Positions 1 through 13,079 of a stretch of 64,000 bases of DNA are shown piece by piece; the first letter of the stretch is position 1, and the number at the start of each line of letters is the position of its first letter. Source of the stretch: Camelus ferus (taxonomy: Eukaryota); NCBI RefSeq assembly GCF_009834535.1, contig NC_045697.1, positions 104,224,001-104,288,000 on the forward strand. The letters run 5' to 3'. The notes beneath the pieces were generated by a model. The model was given only the letters and a program-made list of their open reading frames with translations, did no database searches and was not told the DNA's origin. Made by a program: the position numbers and the translations under genes.

Positions 1-490
1 AACTCATAATTTAGTGGAGAGGACACATGCAAGCAGAAAACCTAGAATATCATCTTTACATGGAATAAAGAAGTGCCATGGCTTCTCCCAGGAAGGACTA
101 GCACTGCCTGCCAGGCCAAATGGGGCAAGACTGCATCTGAGGTCTGCATCTCTGATGTGCGAGGGGAAGCTTACCAGCTGGACGAAGGTGATTAAGAAGG
201 GTGTGTGGACGCCTGGAGTCAGGGATGAGCAGAGCGTTGGGGACGGTCAGGACGTCAGCATGGAGGAAGCTTAGGCTGTATGGGGGGATGGGCGGGGGAC
301 AGGGGACAGAATGATGGACAATAAGACTAGGAAGTAGGTTTGAAGTAGACACCACAAGCCCTCCTATGCTAAGCTAAGGCATTTGGAATTTACAAAACAG
401 GCAACAGAAAGCTAATGGAGAAAGCCTGCAGCAAAGGACAGATGACATGATCTGACATCCTTTTTATGACAACTCTGAGAGCTATAAGGA
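1..490 (-). mobile_element. Degenerate L2 LINE 3' region
   Basis: Reverse-orientation L2-like tract, e.g. ggcatttggaattt...gctaatggag...gatgacatgatctgacat...actctgagagct; boundaries approximate. Confidence 0.55.
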
Positions 491-829
491 AGGGACATTG
501 GCCCTTCTAGAAGAGACTGGTGCAAGGAGAAGATTTAGGACGCGGGCGGTTCTCCAGGTTGTGATGACAATAATCAGCTGAAGAAACGAGGCTGGATTCA
601 ATAGAGACACTGTGGGGGGATTTAGATGAGCAGAACTGAGCTTCGGTTAAACATTGCTGCGCATGACCATGACCCCCTGATTCCCCCGCCCCTCTAGGAC
701 TCACAGTCATCTTACAGTTCCAAGGTAACTTGCCAGGAAGCTCAGGCTCCTTTCCAGGTAAAAAGTGCTCAGTTCATTAGGGTCTAATAAGATACACAAA
801 AGAAAGCTCATTCGTCTTCCTTCTTATAC

Positions 830-950
830 CGTGAGCTTTGGGAGCGCAGACAGCAGCTGTGCTTTATCCACTCTGTTACCTCTCAGGGCATCTAAATACA
901 GCATTGAAGAGAATGTATACTTTATGATGTTTTTCTGAATGAATGAATCA
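830..950 (+). mobile_element. L2 3' terminal fragment
   Basis: gtgagctttgggagcgcagac...ttttctgaatgaatgaat, the L2-type (TGAA)n tail. Confidence 0.5.
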
Positions 951-1756
951 AAGTGAGTGACAAAAATGGCCCCCCAGTGCTGGATTGTAAAAAATGTTTG
1001 TTTAAAATAGTTGCTGGATTATAAAATTCATTTTTATTTTTATCTATTTTTTTTTTTTTTTTTGAGAGAGGAGAAGCAACTGGTTTGGAGTGACTGTCCA
1101 GGCCTGTGCTTTTCAGAGGTGGTGAGCTTCTGATGCTCTAAGAAAAGAGATCCATTGCCTTCTGCTGACGTTACTAAAGAAGCACTAGGTAAGCAAGCTA
1201 ACAGAGACAGTTGGGTAGGCTGGGCACTGCACCAAGACACCCTGCTGAGGGACAACTGGTGCCTGAAATCTAGGGGTTGTGTTCAACTTGAGGAGGGCTC
1301 TTCTTAACCACACCTAAGAGCTGGATGGGAGAATGAGATCCTGGACTTAAAGTGAAAGGACTAGAATGAATGGAAAAGGATACTGCTGGGACCAGTTTCA
1401 CAGACAATGCCCCAAACATACCTACCCCCCTGTCTGCATCCTGTCCTTTCAAATCATCTTCCCCTTATTTTTTCTCAGTGGTTTTTGAACTTCGTATCAG
1501 CCCTGATGTTTAGACTTTCTCTCTCACACTTAACTTGGCTGGTACAGCTTTAAAGGGATCTGAAAGGGAACAGGCACACACAGGGTCTTTAAACACAATT
1601 GACACAGCCATCTGTCAGGCGCCGAGGCCGTCTGGGAGAGATGCGCTCCATGCTCATCTGGCCAACTGGTTGACTGCAGGACCCTAATCATTACATTATC
1701 GAAGCCAGAGCATCGTCCAGTGCATGAAACTTCAGACATTACTTATGGATGAAATG

Positions 1757-1772
1757 AGGTCAGAAGAGGTCA
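1757..1772 (+). promoter_or_regulatory. Perfect nuclear-receptor DR4 motif (AGGTCA-gaag-AGGTCA)
   Basis: Motif read directly from the sequence; function unproven. Confidence 0.4.
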
Positions 1773-4309
1773 GAAAAGACAAGAGATTAGCTGGCCATGC
1801 CAGCTGTCCAAGCTGCCCTTGAGAGATGCAACTAACAGCATCGGAGCTGGGGCTGCAGCTTCTCTTGGAGAAGAGATTCTGTCCACCAGACTCACTGCTG
1901 CTGTGGTGTTGCAACCCTGGGGTGAGTCTTCCGGGCAAAGCAACTCTCCTGAAGAAGGATGCGGGAAAAGCAAGCAAACACAGCTTTTGAAATACGGAAA
2001 GCATTAACCGCATGTTTGCGCTCTTCCTGGGAGCTTTACTGCAGGCTGGGAACTCCACGAGAGCAGCTATTAGCACTGCGCTTAGTCCTTAAGCAACTCT
2101 GAATGGAGGCATGCGTGTGGGCATGAATGAGTGGATGCAGCCTGATGACTGCTAATTCATACACCCTGGTGTGGAGGGTTGAGGAGACAGCTTCTTAAGA
2201 ACAGGTTATTAGAAGAAAAAGCATTTTAAGTCTATTTCCTTGGTTGTACAGTCAAATAAAAAAGTCTACCCCTGTGAGTGATAATTCACTTTCATTTGCC
2301 TAATTTTCTGGGGTAGGAATATGATGTCAGAGGTTCACTTGGAGAATTATAACAAGATTTACTCTATTTTTTTAAGTTGGATAATTAACATTTATTAGCA
2401 TGGTGGATACTTAAGAGATGCTGGAGATACACTGAAAACAAAACGAAACAAACTAATAGAAAAACAAAATCCAATGTCTCATTTCAAGTACCTTGGAGTT
2501 AAGTTTGGATAAATTCACAAACAAGCTATATAATTCAGTGTTTTTTTTAAAATCTATTTTTATATATAGTGGCTAACATTTGAGGATTTACTCTATCTTA
2601 ACAAATAAGAAACCACAAATAAAACTTTAAAACCAAATCATTTCTTTCTTTTATTCATGGCCTCTTTCCTAGGGTGAGAAATATTAGGAAAGGAAATAGA
2701 TTGAGATACTCAAATTTATCATTCATAAAATTTCTATTTTCTTGCCCAAGACAATAGCATATTAAATGGAGAATTGGCCACCTCACTAAGTGTTGCAAAG
2801 CCCCCTTTTAATCTCACCTGAATGCTGTCTCAATTAGAGCTGACAGAAATACAAATATAATACACACATTCTGTGTGAAAAATATTCATTAATATTAACC
2901 TCAAGGAGCTAAAGGTTAAAAAAAGCAGAGTTCCCATTTCCAAGTGTAAAACATCAGTCCAATTTTGAGTCAAGGCTGTAAAAACATGTCTAGAGCTTTT
3001 TACTGTAAACATAGTGAGATCAAGAATTTTTCTTTCTGAAGCAGCAAAAAAAAAAAGCATTTCTAAACTGCAAGCCCTTCCAGCAAATTGCTCAATGCCA
3101 AATGCAACTTCCTCCTGTTGCATTTTATGTCAATGCTATTCTTTTCACAGATGAAAGTTTCATTTGGGGAAAAAAAAAAGATACAGGAATATGTAGTGTG
3201 GAAGTGATGGCTGGGAGGAAGGAATAGCAATAGTTGATGTGGTCTGGGAATTCTCCTCTGTGTCACCATCTTCCCCCTCCTGTGAGTGTAGCAAAATAAT
3301 TGGCCAACATAATTAAATATGAATCCACATAACTTCACACTCTGAACGTGGAATCTGTCCTTTGATAGGCTGAAAGGGGTGCCTCACCCAGCCCTGTATT
3401 CCGAAAGCAAAGTGGAAAACCTGTACTTTCTTTGATTTGTGAAAAGAAGCATCTGCTGTAAATAAGAAACACATACTTGACATTTCCTTAGGAAGACATC
3501 TGAAACCTTAGAATGTATTGATCCCAAATGCGGTGGGGACACTATAATACACTCTAGTCCTTCAGCCCCAGTTTTCCCCACCAGCGTGTCTATGTTTGTA
3601 AAAGGGAGAAGCTTTCAGTTTATTTGGGAGATGGTGGTATTATAGAACTAAAATAAAAGGAACGAACAAACAAAAAAAACATAATATAATAGTGACCAGC
3701 AGTTGGAAAATGAATCGATAATATTTACTGAAGACCTGTGGTGGGCAGAGGTCTTTACACGGTAAATAAAGTTCCTTTTCTCAAAAGGCCAACAGTCAAA
3801 TGCAAAAGATGTCGATAAACAAATGCATGTGAGTCTTGAAAAATCAGAGCAACTAGAACCAATTACAAGCAAATACACACAAGTTTATGTAAGGGCCCCT
3901 CCCTGGCAGGCTGATTTCCTATGAGACGGCCTCAGAAGTTGCACTGCCAGGCACAGAAACACAGCTGGATGACAGTCCTGCCCACAAGACAAATTTGGTC
4001 ATTTTCTGTCAAAGCATTTATTTATTGTGAGATAAGGTATAGTTACATGGTTTGAGTATGTGATGAAGATTTAATCAAATTAATCCAATAACTGATTTAC
4101 ACACTCTTCTGTTGATTTTTTTTCAATAGACCATGGATTTTTCTTTAGCTAAAAAGAAAAGGAGATCACTTGCAGGCTTTTAATTAGCAATATTTAAATA
4201 ATGTGCCAGAAAGATGAGATTTTTTTTTTAGGTTAATTGGAGGGAAATGTGCCGCATCGTGATGCTAATGCTGGGGTTTTAAATTTACAAGGCAAGGAAT
4301 AAAAAAGTA

Positions 4310-4533
4310 TTTTTTTAGCTTCTTTCTAAAATTGAAGTATAGGCAGTTTACAATGTCGTGTCAATTTCTGGTGTACAGCATAATGTTTCCGTCACACATA
4401 CACATACATATATGCTTTTTCATATTCTTTTCCATTCTCTGTTACTACAAGATATTGAATATCATTCCCTGTGCTATACAGTAGAAACTTGTTGTTTATC
4501 TATTTTATATATAGTAGTATCTGCAAATCTTGA
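4310..4533 (-). mobile_element. Young cetartiodactyl-type L1 3' UTR fragment
   Basis: attgaagtatag...tacaatg...ggtgtacagc...caagatattgaata...ccctgtgctatacagtag; same family as other L1 3' ends in the window. Confidence 0.85.
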
Positions 4534-5510
4534 AAGCATTTTAACAGATTTTCCCCCCTCACATTAAGAATCACTAACAGACCGACAAACATGCCCTGTA
4601 ATTACAGCTATTAGAATAAAATCTCTTAAATATTTTTTAAAAAAATCACTAACAGAGACTATCATTTTAATTTTATTAACATCTGAACATTTAGCATTTT
4701 AGTAGGATAGAGAAAGAAGAGCCTGGTTCTAAGAAATAATTCCTTATAGAAAATTCTAATATTTATAACCAAATCTCATAAACATGCAAAACGAATCAGC
4801 AGAAGTCCTGCCTGAGTCCCAAAATTCTGGCAGGTACTTCTGATAAAGATTTAACCCGCAAGACAATGATGATACAGTCGTGTATGTGGTGAGATTACAG
4901 GCAGGCACATGAATACAGTAAGAAGTTACTGATCACTCTATTTGGTTAAGAAATTAGAGAGATAAATTAGTTGTTAACAGGATTCACACTATCTGAGCAA
5001 CTATTCTTACAGCTATGTAAGTGAATGGTCTAGCGAGTTATAATTGTGATATCTATGACTTACTGCTTATTTTGAGAAGTGGTGTGATTAGATTTAAGTA
5101 ATAAAAGCATTATTTCAACTCCATCTCTTCCATAAATGACCCGATTTTTAGAGTCTTCTTTACTATTTTGACATGCAATCTATGGGGACATTATAAGAAA
5201 TAGTATTCACCTAGAAGAATGAAAACCAAAGAATTAAACCATCAATAGAGCCCTGGTAAAATTGTCATATGTAAATCTTCTATTTATTTAAATTCTATTA
5301 ACCAGAAAATCCAATTAACTGTGATATTTCTGTTAATAGTTTAATAATAATAATAACTGGTATTTAGAATTACAAGCCTGGAACTCTGGAAGTATCTTCT
5401 GAATCACTAGTTTTGGAGATAGCATAAATGTCTTTTGTTTGTGTATATATACATCGATTCTTACCAAATTGCTATCTAAAAAACAGGTGGGAAGTTTGAA
5501 ATGGTATCCT

Positions 5511-5543
5511 ACACACACACACACACAGACACACACACACACA
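5511..5543. repeat. (CA)n microsatellite, one interruption
   Basis: Direct. Confidence 0.95.
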
Positions 5544-5649
5544 AGATCTCTAAAATAAAGATATGTTACTTAGTGCAGTAGAGATCACAATTTAATTTTT
5601 TTTTAATCTTTTTTGAGACTGACAGTTGTCGGCAAGCATGACAAATGCC

Positions 5650-5805
5650 ATTGGAATGTGGAGGAGCAGAAAGGTCCCTGGCCATGGAGTCATGGAAGTC
5701 CATTTCTAGGGCAAGGATGGAGTTTTGTGTGTCTCAGTTCCCGTGTCTCTATATAGCAAAAGGTCTTTACCACTCCCATTGCTGACCTTCCAAATTCTAA
5801 TTACG
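5650..5805 (+). mobile_element. Degenerate MIR/MIR3 SINE
   Basis: ccctggccatggagtca...gtctcagttccc...gaccttccaaattcta resembles the MIR3 core and tail. Confidence 0.4.
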
Positions 5806-6654
5806 AGGGTCAGAAAGAAATCTTTCTCTGGCACATCCCTCACATCCTGCATGCAGAGCAGGGGCTGAAGATCTTAAAATCAAGCTGAATATAAATGATA
5901 AATTCACGGGGGCATTGCTCAGTGAGTGGTCTTAAATAAGCTGAAAAGAAGAAATTCTGAAGTCGGAATACTAAGAGTCAGTTCCCCAAATCATGCTACT
6001 TTCATTTCATCTGCACCACAAACAACCTCGCATAAAAAATGCATTTGGTTTTAATTTACTTTTAACGTGTTAATATGCTAATTTCTACAAGTCACAATCT
6101 ACCTGTCCACACACTTACAAATCCTGGCCCATGACACACTTTTCATGCTCAACTAGATATTTCTGTTATATAATCTGTTCTAAAACATGTAACTTTGAAA
6201 AATTTTTAGAAGCAACTTTAATTATCTTCCAAAGGTATTACAAGGCGATGGGGGCAAGGGAAGAAGGGAAAGTTCATTATTTTGATAAAACCGTTGAAAC
6301 CGAACAGTTTGTAGATTGCCGCCTGTTTGAGGGTTGTTTGCGTTAGACGTGAATAAACACTGGGGAGCTGTGATATAGCAGCTTGAAATGTTGGGGAAAG
6401 TTGGGTTCCAGCTGGGAATGTTGCACCTTTAATTTCTCATGGTTGAATACCCACTGGGTGAAAAACTATAATTAGAAAATATAAAGGCAGCCAAAAAAAA
6501 GCAACTTCTGTCTCAAAAAAGCAACGTGGGTTCTACCTGGTCCCTTTTGGGCTAAGTAAGCTGTTTGATCAACTTCCTTCAGTCTCTGTGGATGTCCTTA
6601 TATGAGTCTAATTGAAGGACTCCTGTTCTCTTTTTATTTTTGCTCTATGAAAAA

Positions 6655-6820
6655 TGTATCGGAGATGTCTTATAATGAACTTTGATATGGTGAAATGATA
6701 ATAATGTCCTAATTATATATAAAAATGTAATTACACTTGCTTCTATTATAGAAAAACTCCCTTTATAATGAAGTGTTATGTTGGAAAAAGATTTTCATTA
6801 TAGGCGGACTCCTTTACTTG
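6655..6820. mobile_element. Possible old TcMar-Tigger-like MITE
   Basis: Imperfect terminal inverted repeat around TATAATGAA (6671-6679) / TTCATTATA (6794-6802), plus an internal copy aaaactccctttataatgaa. Confidence 0.3.
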
Positions 6821-7308
6821 TTAATTTGAGCTCTGATTCATCACTTTAATATTAAAAAAGTTCTTTGTAAGTTACTTTTGATGTGTCTCATTTATGGTTC
6901 ATTTCACTTCCTGGGCACCACCAGGAGCCCAAATCCAAACGTCTTTGAAAGACACTTAAAAATACATCTTTCAAAAGGAATTCTTCTTTCTATGTGGTGG
7001 AACAGAAGTAGTCGAGAAAAATATTACTGACCTTCTTCACTTGAGCTCTGAAAACTTTTGTTTTGAAATTTGAAAACAAAATATATGTCTGTGTGTGTGT
7101 GTGTATGTGTCATATATATATATATAGCTTCTTGAATGTTTTAAAAAATCTGTCAGTGCATGAGCTGATACTATGTAAACTATTTAAAGATAGGTTTAAG
7201 CCAAAAATCAACCACATAGGTGACGTCATGGCACTCAAACAATAAGGCTCCTTTACTTCTCTTTTGGGGATTGATCAGATCATCATTTCACCAAATCAAG
7301 TGCAAAAC

Positions 7309-7563
7309 TGGGAGTTTGGGATTAATAGATACACACTATATATATATAATACTACTATATATAATAGATGAACAATAATAACCTACTGTATAGCACAGGA
7401 AACTATATTCAATATCTTGTAATAACCTGTAATGGAAAAGAATCTGAAAAAAATGTGCATATATATGTATGTATATTTATAACTGAATCACTTTGCTGTA
7501 CACCTGAAACTAACAATGTAAATGACTACACTTTAATAAACAATAAGAATTATTATTTTTTTA
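7309..7563 (+). mobile_element. Young L1 3' UTR fragment with short TSD
   Basis: gggagtttgggatta...acctactgtatagcacagg...actgaatcactttgctgtacacctgaaactaac; flanked by aagtgcaa at 7298-7305 and 7564-7571. Confidence 0.9.
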
Positions 7564-7809
7564 AAGTGCAACAAATCCTTCTTCTTTGTTATTTCACTGC
7601 TACCCAAAGTGCCTGGCAGCCTGCCTGAGCAGGGCTCAACTTTGTCTCTCTCCTAGCACCCTATTTCCCCTTTCATTCTTTCCTCCCTAATTCACTAGCT
7701 TTGGCATTTGTTTGTTTTGTTTCTGCATCATATTTCAGGTGTGGCTTTAAAGAACTAGAGTCATGCTAAGTCCCAAACCACATCCATTCCCTTATCTCTT
7801 GCCTCCAAG

Positions 7810-8130
7810 AATCTAACCTTTCTTGTTCTCCCAAATTTACTAAGTATTTCCACCCCATCAGGCTTTGCTAATATGTTTCTCTCTGCCTGGATCGCTTCCT
7901 CACAATCTGCAGACTTTCAAAATCTTTCTTGTCTTTCAAGACCCTACTCAAATGCCATCTCATCTCAGAAGCCTTCCTTGACTCCCATATTCAGAATTAA
8001 TTTCTCCTTGAGTTTCAGCACCACTTTATTCATAGTATTAATTCCATCTCAGTTTGAACCAAGTCTGTTGTATACAAGTCTGTCACCTTTATAACCACAC
8101 TTCTGATTGTTTGGGGTATGAGTTTTCTGA
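7810..8130 (+). mobile_element. L2 fragment
   Basis: ggctttgc...ctctgcctgga...tttcaagaccctactcaaatgccatctc...gaagccttccttgactccc. Confidence 0.65.
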
Positions 8131-9039
8131 TTTTTAAACAACATTTATTTGATACCTTCCTTCACATCCTTTTAGCAAATAAATTGTATAACTTAATAGA
8201 CAAAGGGCATTTTCACTTATTAAACCGATCTGGTAAAGAAGTCAATGGTTTTCTCTATCCGAATTTTCATTAAAATAGCTAAAATCTTTGCTATTTTAGA
8301 CTTTAACAATAATCAAATTAATTGTAAAGTAAGGCAAATGCCCATTTGACAAATAATGGCAACTTATGGAGAATAATTGTTTCCTCCTTTACATTTTTTA
8401 CTTTTCTCTAAGTAAAAATGGGAAACCAAAGATTGTCAACAGCCACTGCTAATGTGAATGATGTATCATAGGAAGGGAAACATGATGATACCTCATTTAC
8501 AACAACATGGATTTATAAATCCTAAGAGGAAATATGGTGATTAATATTAACAAAATATTAGACAGACAAGAAAACCCATTAATTTTCAAAAAAAATTATA
8601 CAGCTAGTTTTTGGAATGATTTTGGTAAAAGGTAAATATGACTAGATGACCTACTTTATTCCTGCTCAAAAGGATAGTTCTAACAAGTAATAATACATTA
8701 AACTCAGAAGATTCAGAATTTGTAATTGACAAAGTCCCTCTTGGCTTGTTGGACATTTTTGAGGTTTTCGCTTCTCTCCTTGTAAGATCTTTTAAGTTCT
8801 TTCATTTCAAATGTTAAAAGGATGAAGGAATATATATATGAAACATCTCTGAAAATAATTTTCAAAGAACATTATTAGTACTGAGAAGATTCTTCTCAAA
8901 ATACCTCTATTTTTTAAAAATCCTAGCTATGTATCCTTTCCTAGTAAACTATTTCATATTCAATCTTTCAGTAACTAGTATTTGAATCCAAAAGGTAGAA
9001 TCTAAAATAACACCAGGTATGGTGTTTCTGAAAGAATTA

Positions 9040-9560
9040 TGCTTCTCTGCATATAATAATTCAGTATAAATTGAATTGGCTGGAATAAGATAGAGGCTTT
9101 TTGTGGTGGTGGTGGTTTTTGTGTTTGTTTTTGTTGTTTGTTGTTGTTTTATTTTTTTAATGGAAACAGGGGTTAGGCACTCAGGCTAATATGGAGATGC
9201 CCTAGTCAATAGGGACTCTACCTCTTCTAGTTTGTGCCCCACTATTATTGGTCACGGCTTTTATTCTTAAGACTAACACAAGGCCCAACATAGCTGCTGG
9301 AGCTCCAGCTTAACAACCAAATTCCAGGAAGAAAATTCCAGGAAGAAGGAAGGGGAGGAAGGCCAAAAGGTCATGTTTCCCAGCTGAATCAATTTCCTTA
9401 AAGAGATTTCCCAGAAATCCTACCCAAGGTCTTAATATCATCTGCTTCTACCTTCTGCCTCACCACCCTTACCAAAAGAAGCCAGGAAATGTTATCTTTT
9501 ATCTAGGCATGTTACTTTGTTAGTAAGGAAGGAGGGAGTGTGGACATTGGGAAAGCTGCA
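9040..9560 (-). mobile_element. Old MaLR solo LTR (MLT1J/K-like)
   Basis: aacatagctgctggagctccagc...ttccaggaagaagg...gaagccaggaaatgttatctttt typical of reverse-strand MLT1. Confidence 0.65.
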
Positions 9561-9629
9561 TACTGAAATGATGCTGAAATGACTTATATATCTGAAGATA
9601 CATATTTTCAACATTATCCCATGCCCTCT

Positions 9630-10045
9630 CCTGCTCATTTGCTCTGCTCCAAACACAACAGCTTCCTGGGAGGGCCTGTAGAACTCTGACAACTGTTTTC
9701 CTTCTCCATGGAAAGTTCGTCATCTGATTTCTTCAATGGCTGCCTCCTTTCAGGGCTCAGGTATAACGCTACCTCCTCAACAAGATGGTCCTCACAATAG
9801 CCTGTAACCTCCTTCCCCAACCCTGTTATTCTCTCCGTGACACCCTGATGTATCCTCCAAAGCACTCAATACAGTTGGTTATTGCTGCCTTTATACATTT
9901 GTTTATTAGTTTATTACTATATTCCTAAAGAGAGTATAAATCCTGTAAGAGAAGAGGTTGGCTTTGATTGCTGTTTTTTTCCCAGAACCTCATCCCATGC
10001 CTCATGCATTGTAGGGTTCAATAAATCCTTGTTAAACAAATGGGA
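9630..10045 (+). mobile_element. L2a 3' region
   Basis: ctttcagggctcag...acctcctca...cccagaacctcatcccatgcctcatgcattgtagggttcaataaatccttgttaaac. Confidence 0.75.
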
Positions 10046-11897
10046 AAAAACACCAAGAAAATTATTATTCAACGAATAAATAAAAACATCACTTTGCCAA
10101 TATTTTCCTTGTGTGTGACCAAGTAAACCCTAGATCCCCTCTTGTTATGATCTGTATGAGTCATGAGAATCAGTATTCATATGAGACGACCTAGGCAGCC
10201 CAGTTGGCTGGAGTCATTCTGCTGAGCCCAAGAGTTCATCTCCCTCTGTGTGACATGGTAGGAAGGTTGGGTTCATCTGCCAGCTTGGCTATGGACAGCT
10301 ACGGACATCCCAGAGGGAAAGAAAAGCCCCCTTGAACACACAATCTGCTCCAAACAATTTTCATAGGAACCTAATCAGACCACCCATTAGCTCTTCTTGT
10401 TCATTTAATGCATCAGAAGTTTATGGAGCAAAGTGATTCTAAAGCTTTTCTCGCACTTAATATTTCACCTGGCATTCTTACAATGTCAATGGAAGGATGG
10501 AAGAAATACAAATGAAAAGAAAGGAAGGGGCAAGAGGGAGGAAGAAGGAAGAGAAAGGAAGAGAGAGATCAAGTAAGAAAATGGACCCTTTAGCTGCATA
10601 AGAGAACTTTTCTTTGTGGCACTTTGAGTCCTAGTCCTTGGAGAACTGCTAGAAGACATTTGAGCATCTGATTCTTCAAGTAGCTCATTAGAGTGATGAA
10701 AAGCCCGCGATGAAGGGGCAGTGCCATGTTTGAAGAGCCAGGGGTTTCTGTTATCCTGCATTATTGAGCAGTCAATATTCAGTGGACCACTGCCTGCCCG
10801 CCTGTCTTCAGCAGGTGGTGCCCCTCCGTCTTTCTCTGGAAAGCAGCTGCTTCCTCCCAGCCTCCCCAGAGCCTGCAACAGCCATTTGTTTCGATTTAAG
10901 ACAGACACTGTCATTATTTTGTGCAGAACTTCACAGAAATGTTTCCTACTAAATGCTTGAACCATCTGAGTAGCACCAGGCAGGCTGCGGGCTTCATTAA
11001 TAATGCATCTGTGTTTATCAATAGGTTTAGACAACTGGTATTTAGAAGCTTCTTCAGAAGGAGTGGGGTGGATTTCTTTTCATACCAGTTAGCTTTATTC
11101 AGTCAGTTCCTTGATGTTGACATTACATCCAACTGTGTTCTGACAACCAGAGGTGCTAAAACAGTGTCCGGGCTGCTCTCTTGCGCGTTGGAGTGTTTCT
11201 TGATGGAGTTAAGTCATGGTGGTTGGCCTTTCCCCCCTTCCTGCTCATCCTTTCAAGTGTACTCTAAAGGAAACAATATTTCTAATCACTTTGCTTTCAA
11301 CCTTATTACAGGGTGACTCCTCACACTCAATTAATTTGGGCTGGTTCTTGTTGGTACCCTACTTGGGTCTCAGTATTCTTCAGCAGAATAGTCAGGGCTG
11401 ATCTCTGTGACATGTATCCTGTGCATAGAAAGTGACACAGCTACTTTTGGATTACTTACAGTCACAAAAGAAGCAATACGTCTTCTAAACCTTTGGATCT
11501 GAATGCATTTCTATCAGAGGGGACTACTGCAAAATTCAATGTACTGGTTTGTCTGTAACCTGTTTCATCCCTTACCAAAAAGCAATGCCAAAAGTAATGA
11601 AGGTACTCTGAGATCCTGGAAGGCATCAAAGACAGAGAGAAAAGCCAGGAAAGTACAACCAAAACATCATCTTTTTAGTGCTGGAGTATGAAATATACCA
11701 ATGTGGCAATTTCTTTCCAAGATCATGATTTCTCCAGATTTCCTTTTTAAAGCTCACCTATCATTGCTGCTAATCAAAATAAAAAGGTATCCAAGTGAAA
11801 CTGATAGAGCTGGTATCAAGTCTCATTTTTTATGGAGAAATTATACAGAGGGAGGCTTAAGGATTTTTTCTTTAATCATACATTTAGAACTACAATA

Positions 11898-12382
11898 CAG
11901 ATCTTCCTCGACTTAGGATGGGGTGATCAACCCATTATTATAAGTTGAAAATATTGTAAGTTGAAAATGCATTTAATATGCTTAATCTACTGAACATCAT
12001 AATTTAGCCCAGTCTACCTTAAAGTGCCCAGAACACTTACATTAATTAGCGTACCGTTGGGCAAAATCATCTAACTCAAAGCCTATTTCACAATAAAGTG
12101 TTGAACATCTCATGTATTTTATTGAATACTGTGCTGACAGCGAAACACAAGCTTGTTGTTGGTGTACCAGTTATTTGCCCCCATGATTTGCACAGCTGAC
12201 AGGGAGCTGCGGCTGCCACAACCCAGCATCATGAGAGAGTACCCTACCATATATCACTAGCCCGAAAAAAGATCAAAATTCAAAATTTGAAGTACAGATT
12301 CTACTAAACACATATTGCTTTCACACCATCACGAAGTCAAAAAAAAACATTAAGTTGAACCATCTAAGTTGGGGATCATCTG
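11898..12382 (+). mobile_element. Full-length TcMar-Tigger MITE (Tigger5b/MER47-like) with TIRs and TA TSD
   Basis: TA|cagatcttcctcgacttag ... ctaagttggggatcatctg|TA; interior matches the remembered MER47/Tigger5 consensus (gttgaaaatgcatttaata, ttgggcaaaatcatctaac, gggagctgcggctgcc). Confidence 0.9.
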
Positions 12383-12513
12383 TATACATAAAATGGCACA
12401 TATATATACATGTATCTGCTCATAAGTAATGTGAATGTAGAATTCAAATTGCATATACCAATTCATTAAAAATTCTTTGCTATATTGTATTTTTTCTTGT
12501 AAGAAATGAAATG

Positions 12514-12988
12514 TGTGGTAGGCAGAATAACAAACACCCAAAGTTATCCAAGTCCTACCCCCAGAACCTGTGAATGTGTCATGTTACATGGCAAGGGGAA
12601 ATTAAGGTTGCAGATGGAACTAAGGTTGATAATCAACTGGCGAGGTTATTCTGGATTATCCAGGTGGGTTAATGATACCCCAAGAGTTCATAAAAGGGGA
12701 GCAGAGAGGAAGAAGAATCAGAACCAGCAGAGATGATGTTGGGAGAAAGGCTCAAACAGCCCTTGCTGGAGTTAAAGATGGAATGGAGCCACTAGCCAAG
12801 GAATGCCAGCAGCCTCTAGAAGCCAGAAAATGCAAGAAAACTGATTCTCCCCCAGAATTCTGCTGAAACCTTCATTTAGGTTTTAGCCCCATGAGATCAT
12901 TCCAAACTTCTGACCTTCAGAACTTAAGATGAGTGAGGGTTTTTTAAGCCACTTAAATTTGTCATGGTAGTAGCAGAAAACTAATATA
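12514..12988 (+). mobile_element. MLT1D-like MaLR solo LTR, full length
   Basis: tgtggtaggcagaataa...ccagaacctgtgaat...gccaaggaatg...cctctagaagc...gaaaactaatata; possible 5-bp TSD aaatg/aactg. Confidence 0.9.
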
Positions 12989-13079
12989 AACTGGTTTCTA
13001 GAAAAAGCATAAACATGATAAATAAGGTTAAAGTAAACAATATCAATCAAAATGACCACCTAAAAAATGGCCAATCTCC

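Noticed and set aside
10486..11034. Longest ORF (182 aa, minus strand) as a gene
   Set aside because: No recognisable domain, non-ATG start, C-terminus derived from a low-complexity purine tract, and overlapping ORFs on both strands; consistent with chance.
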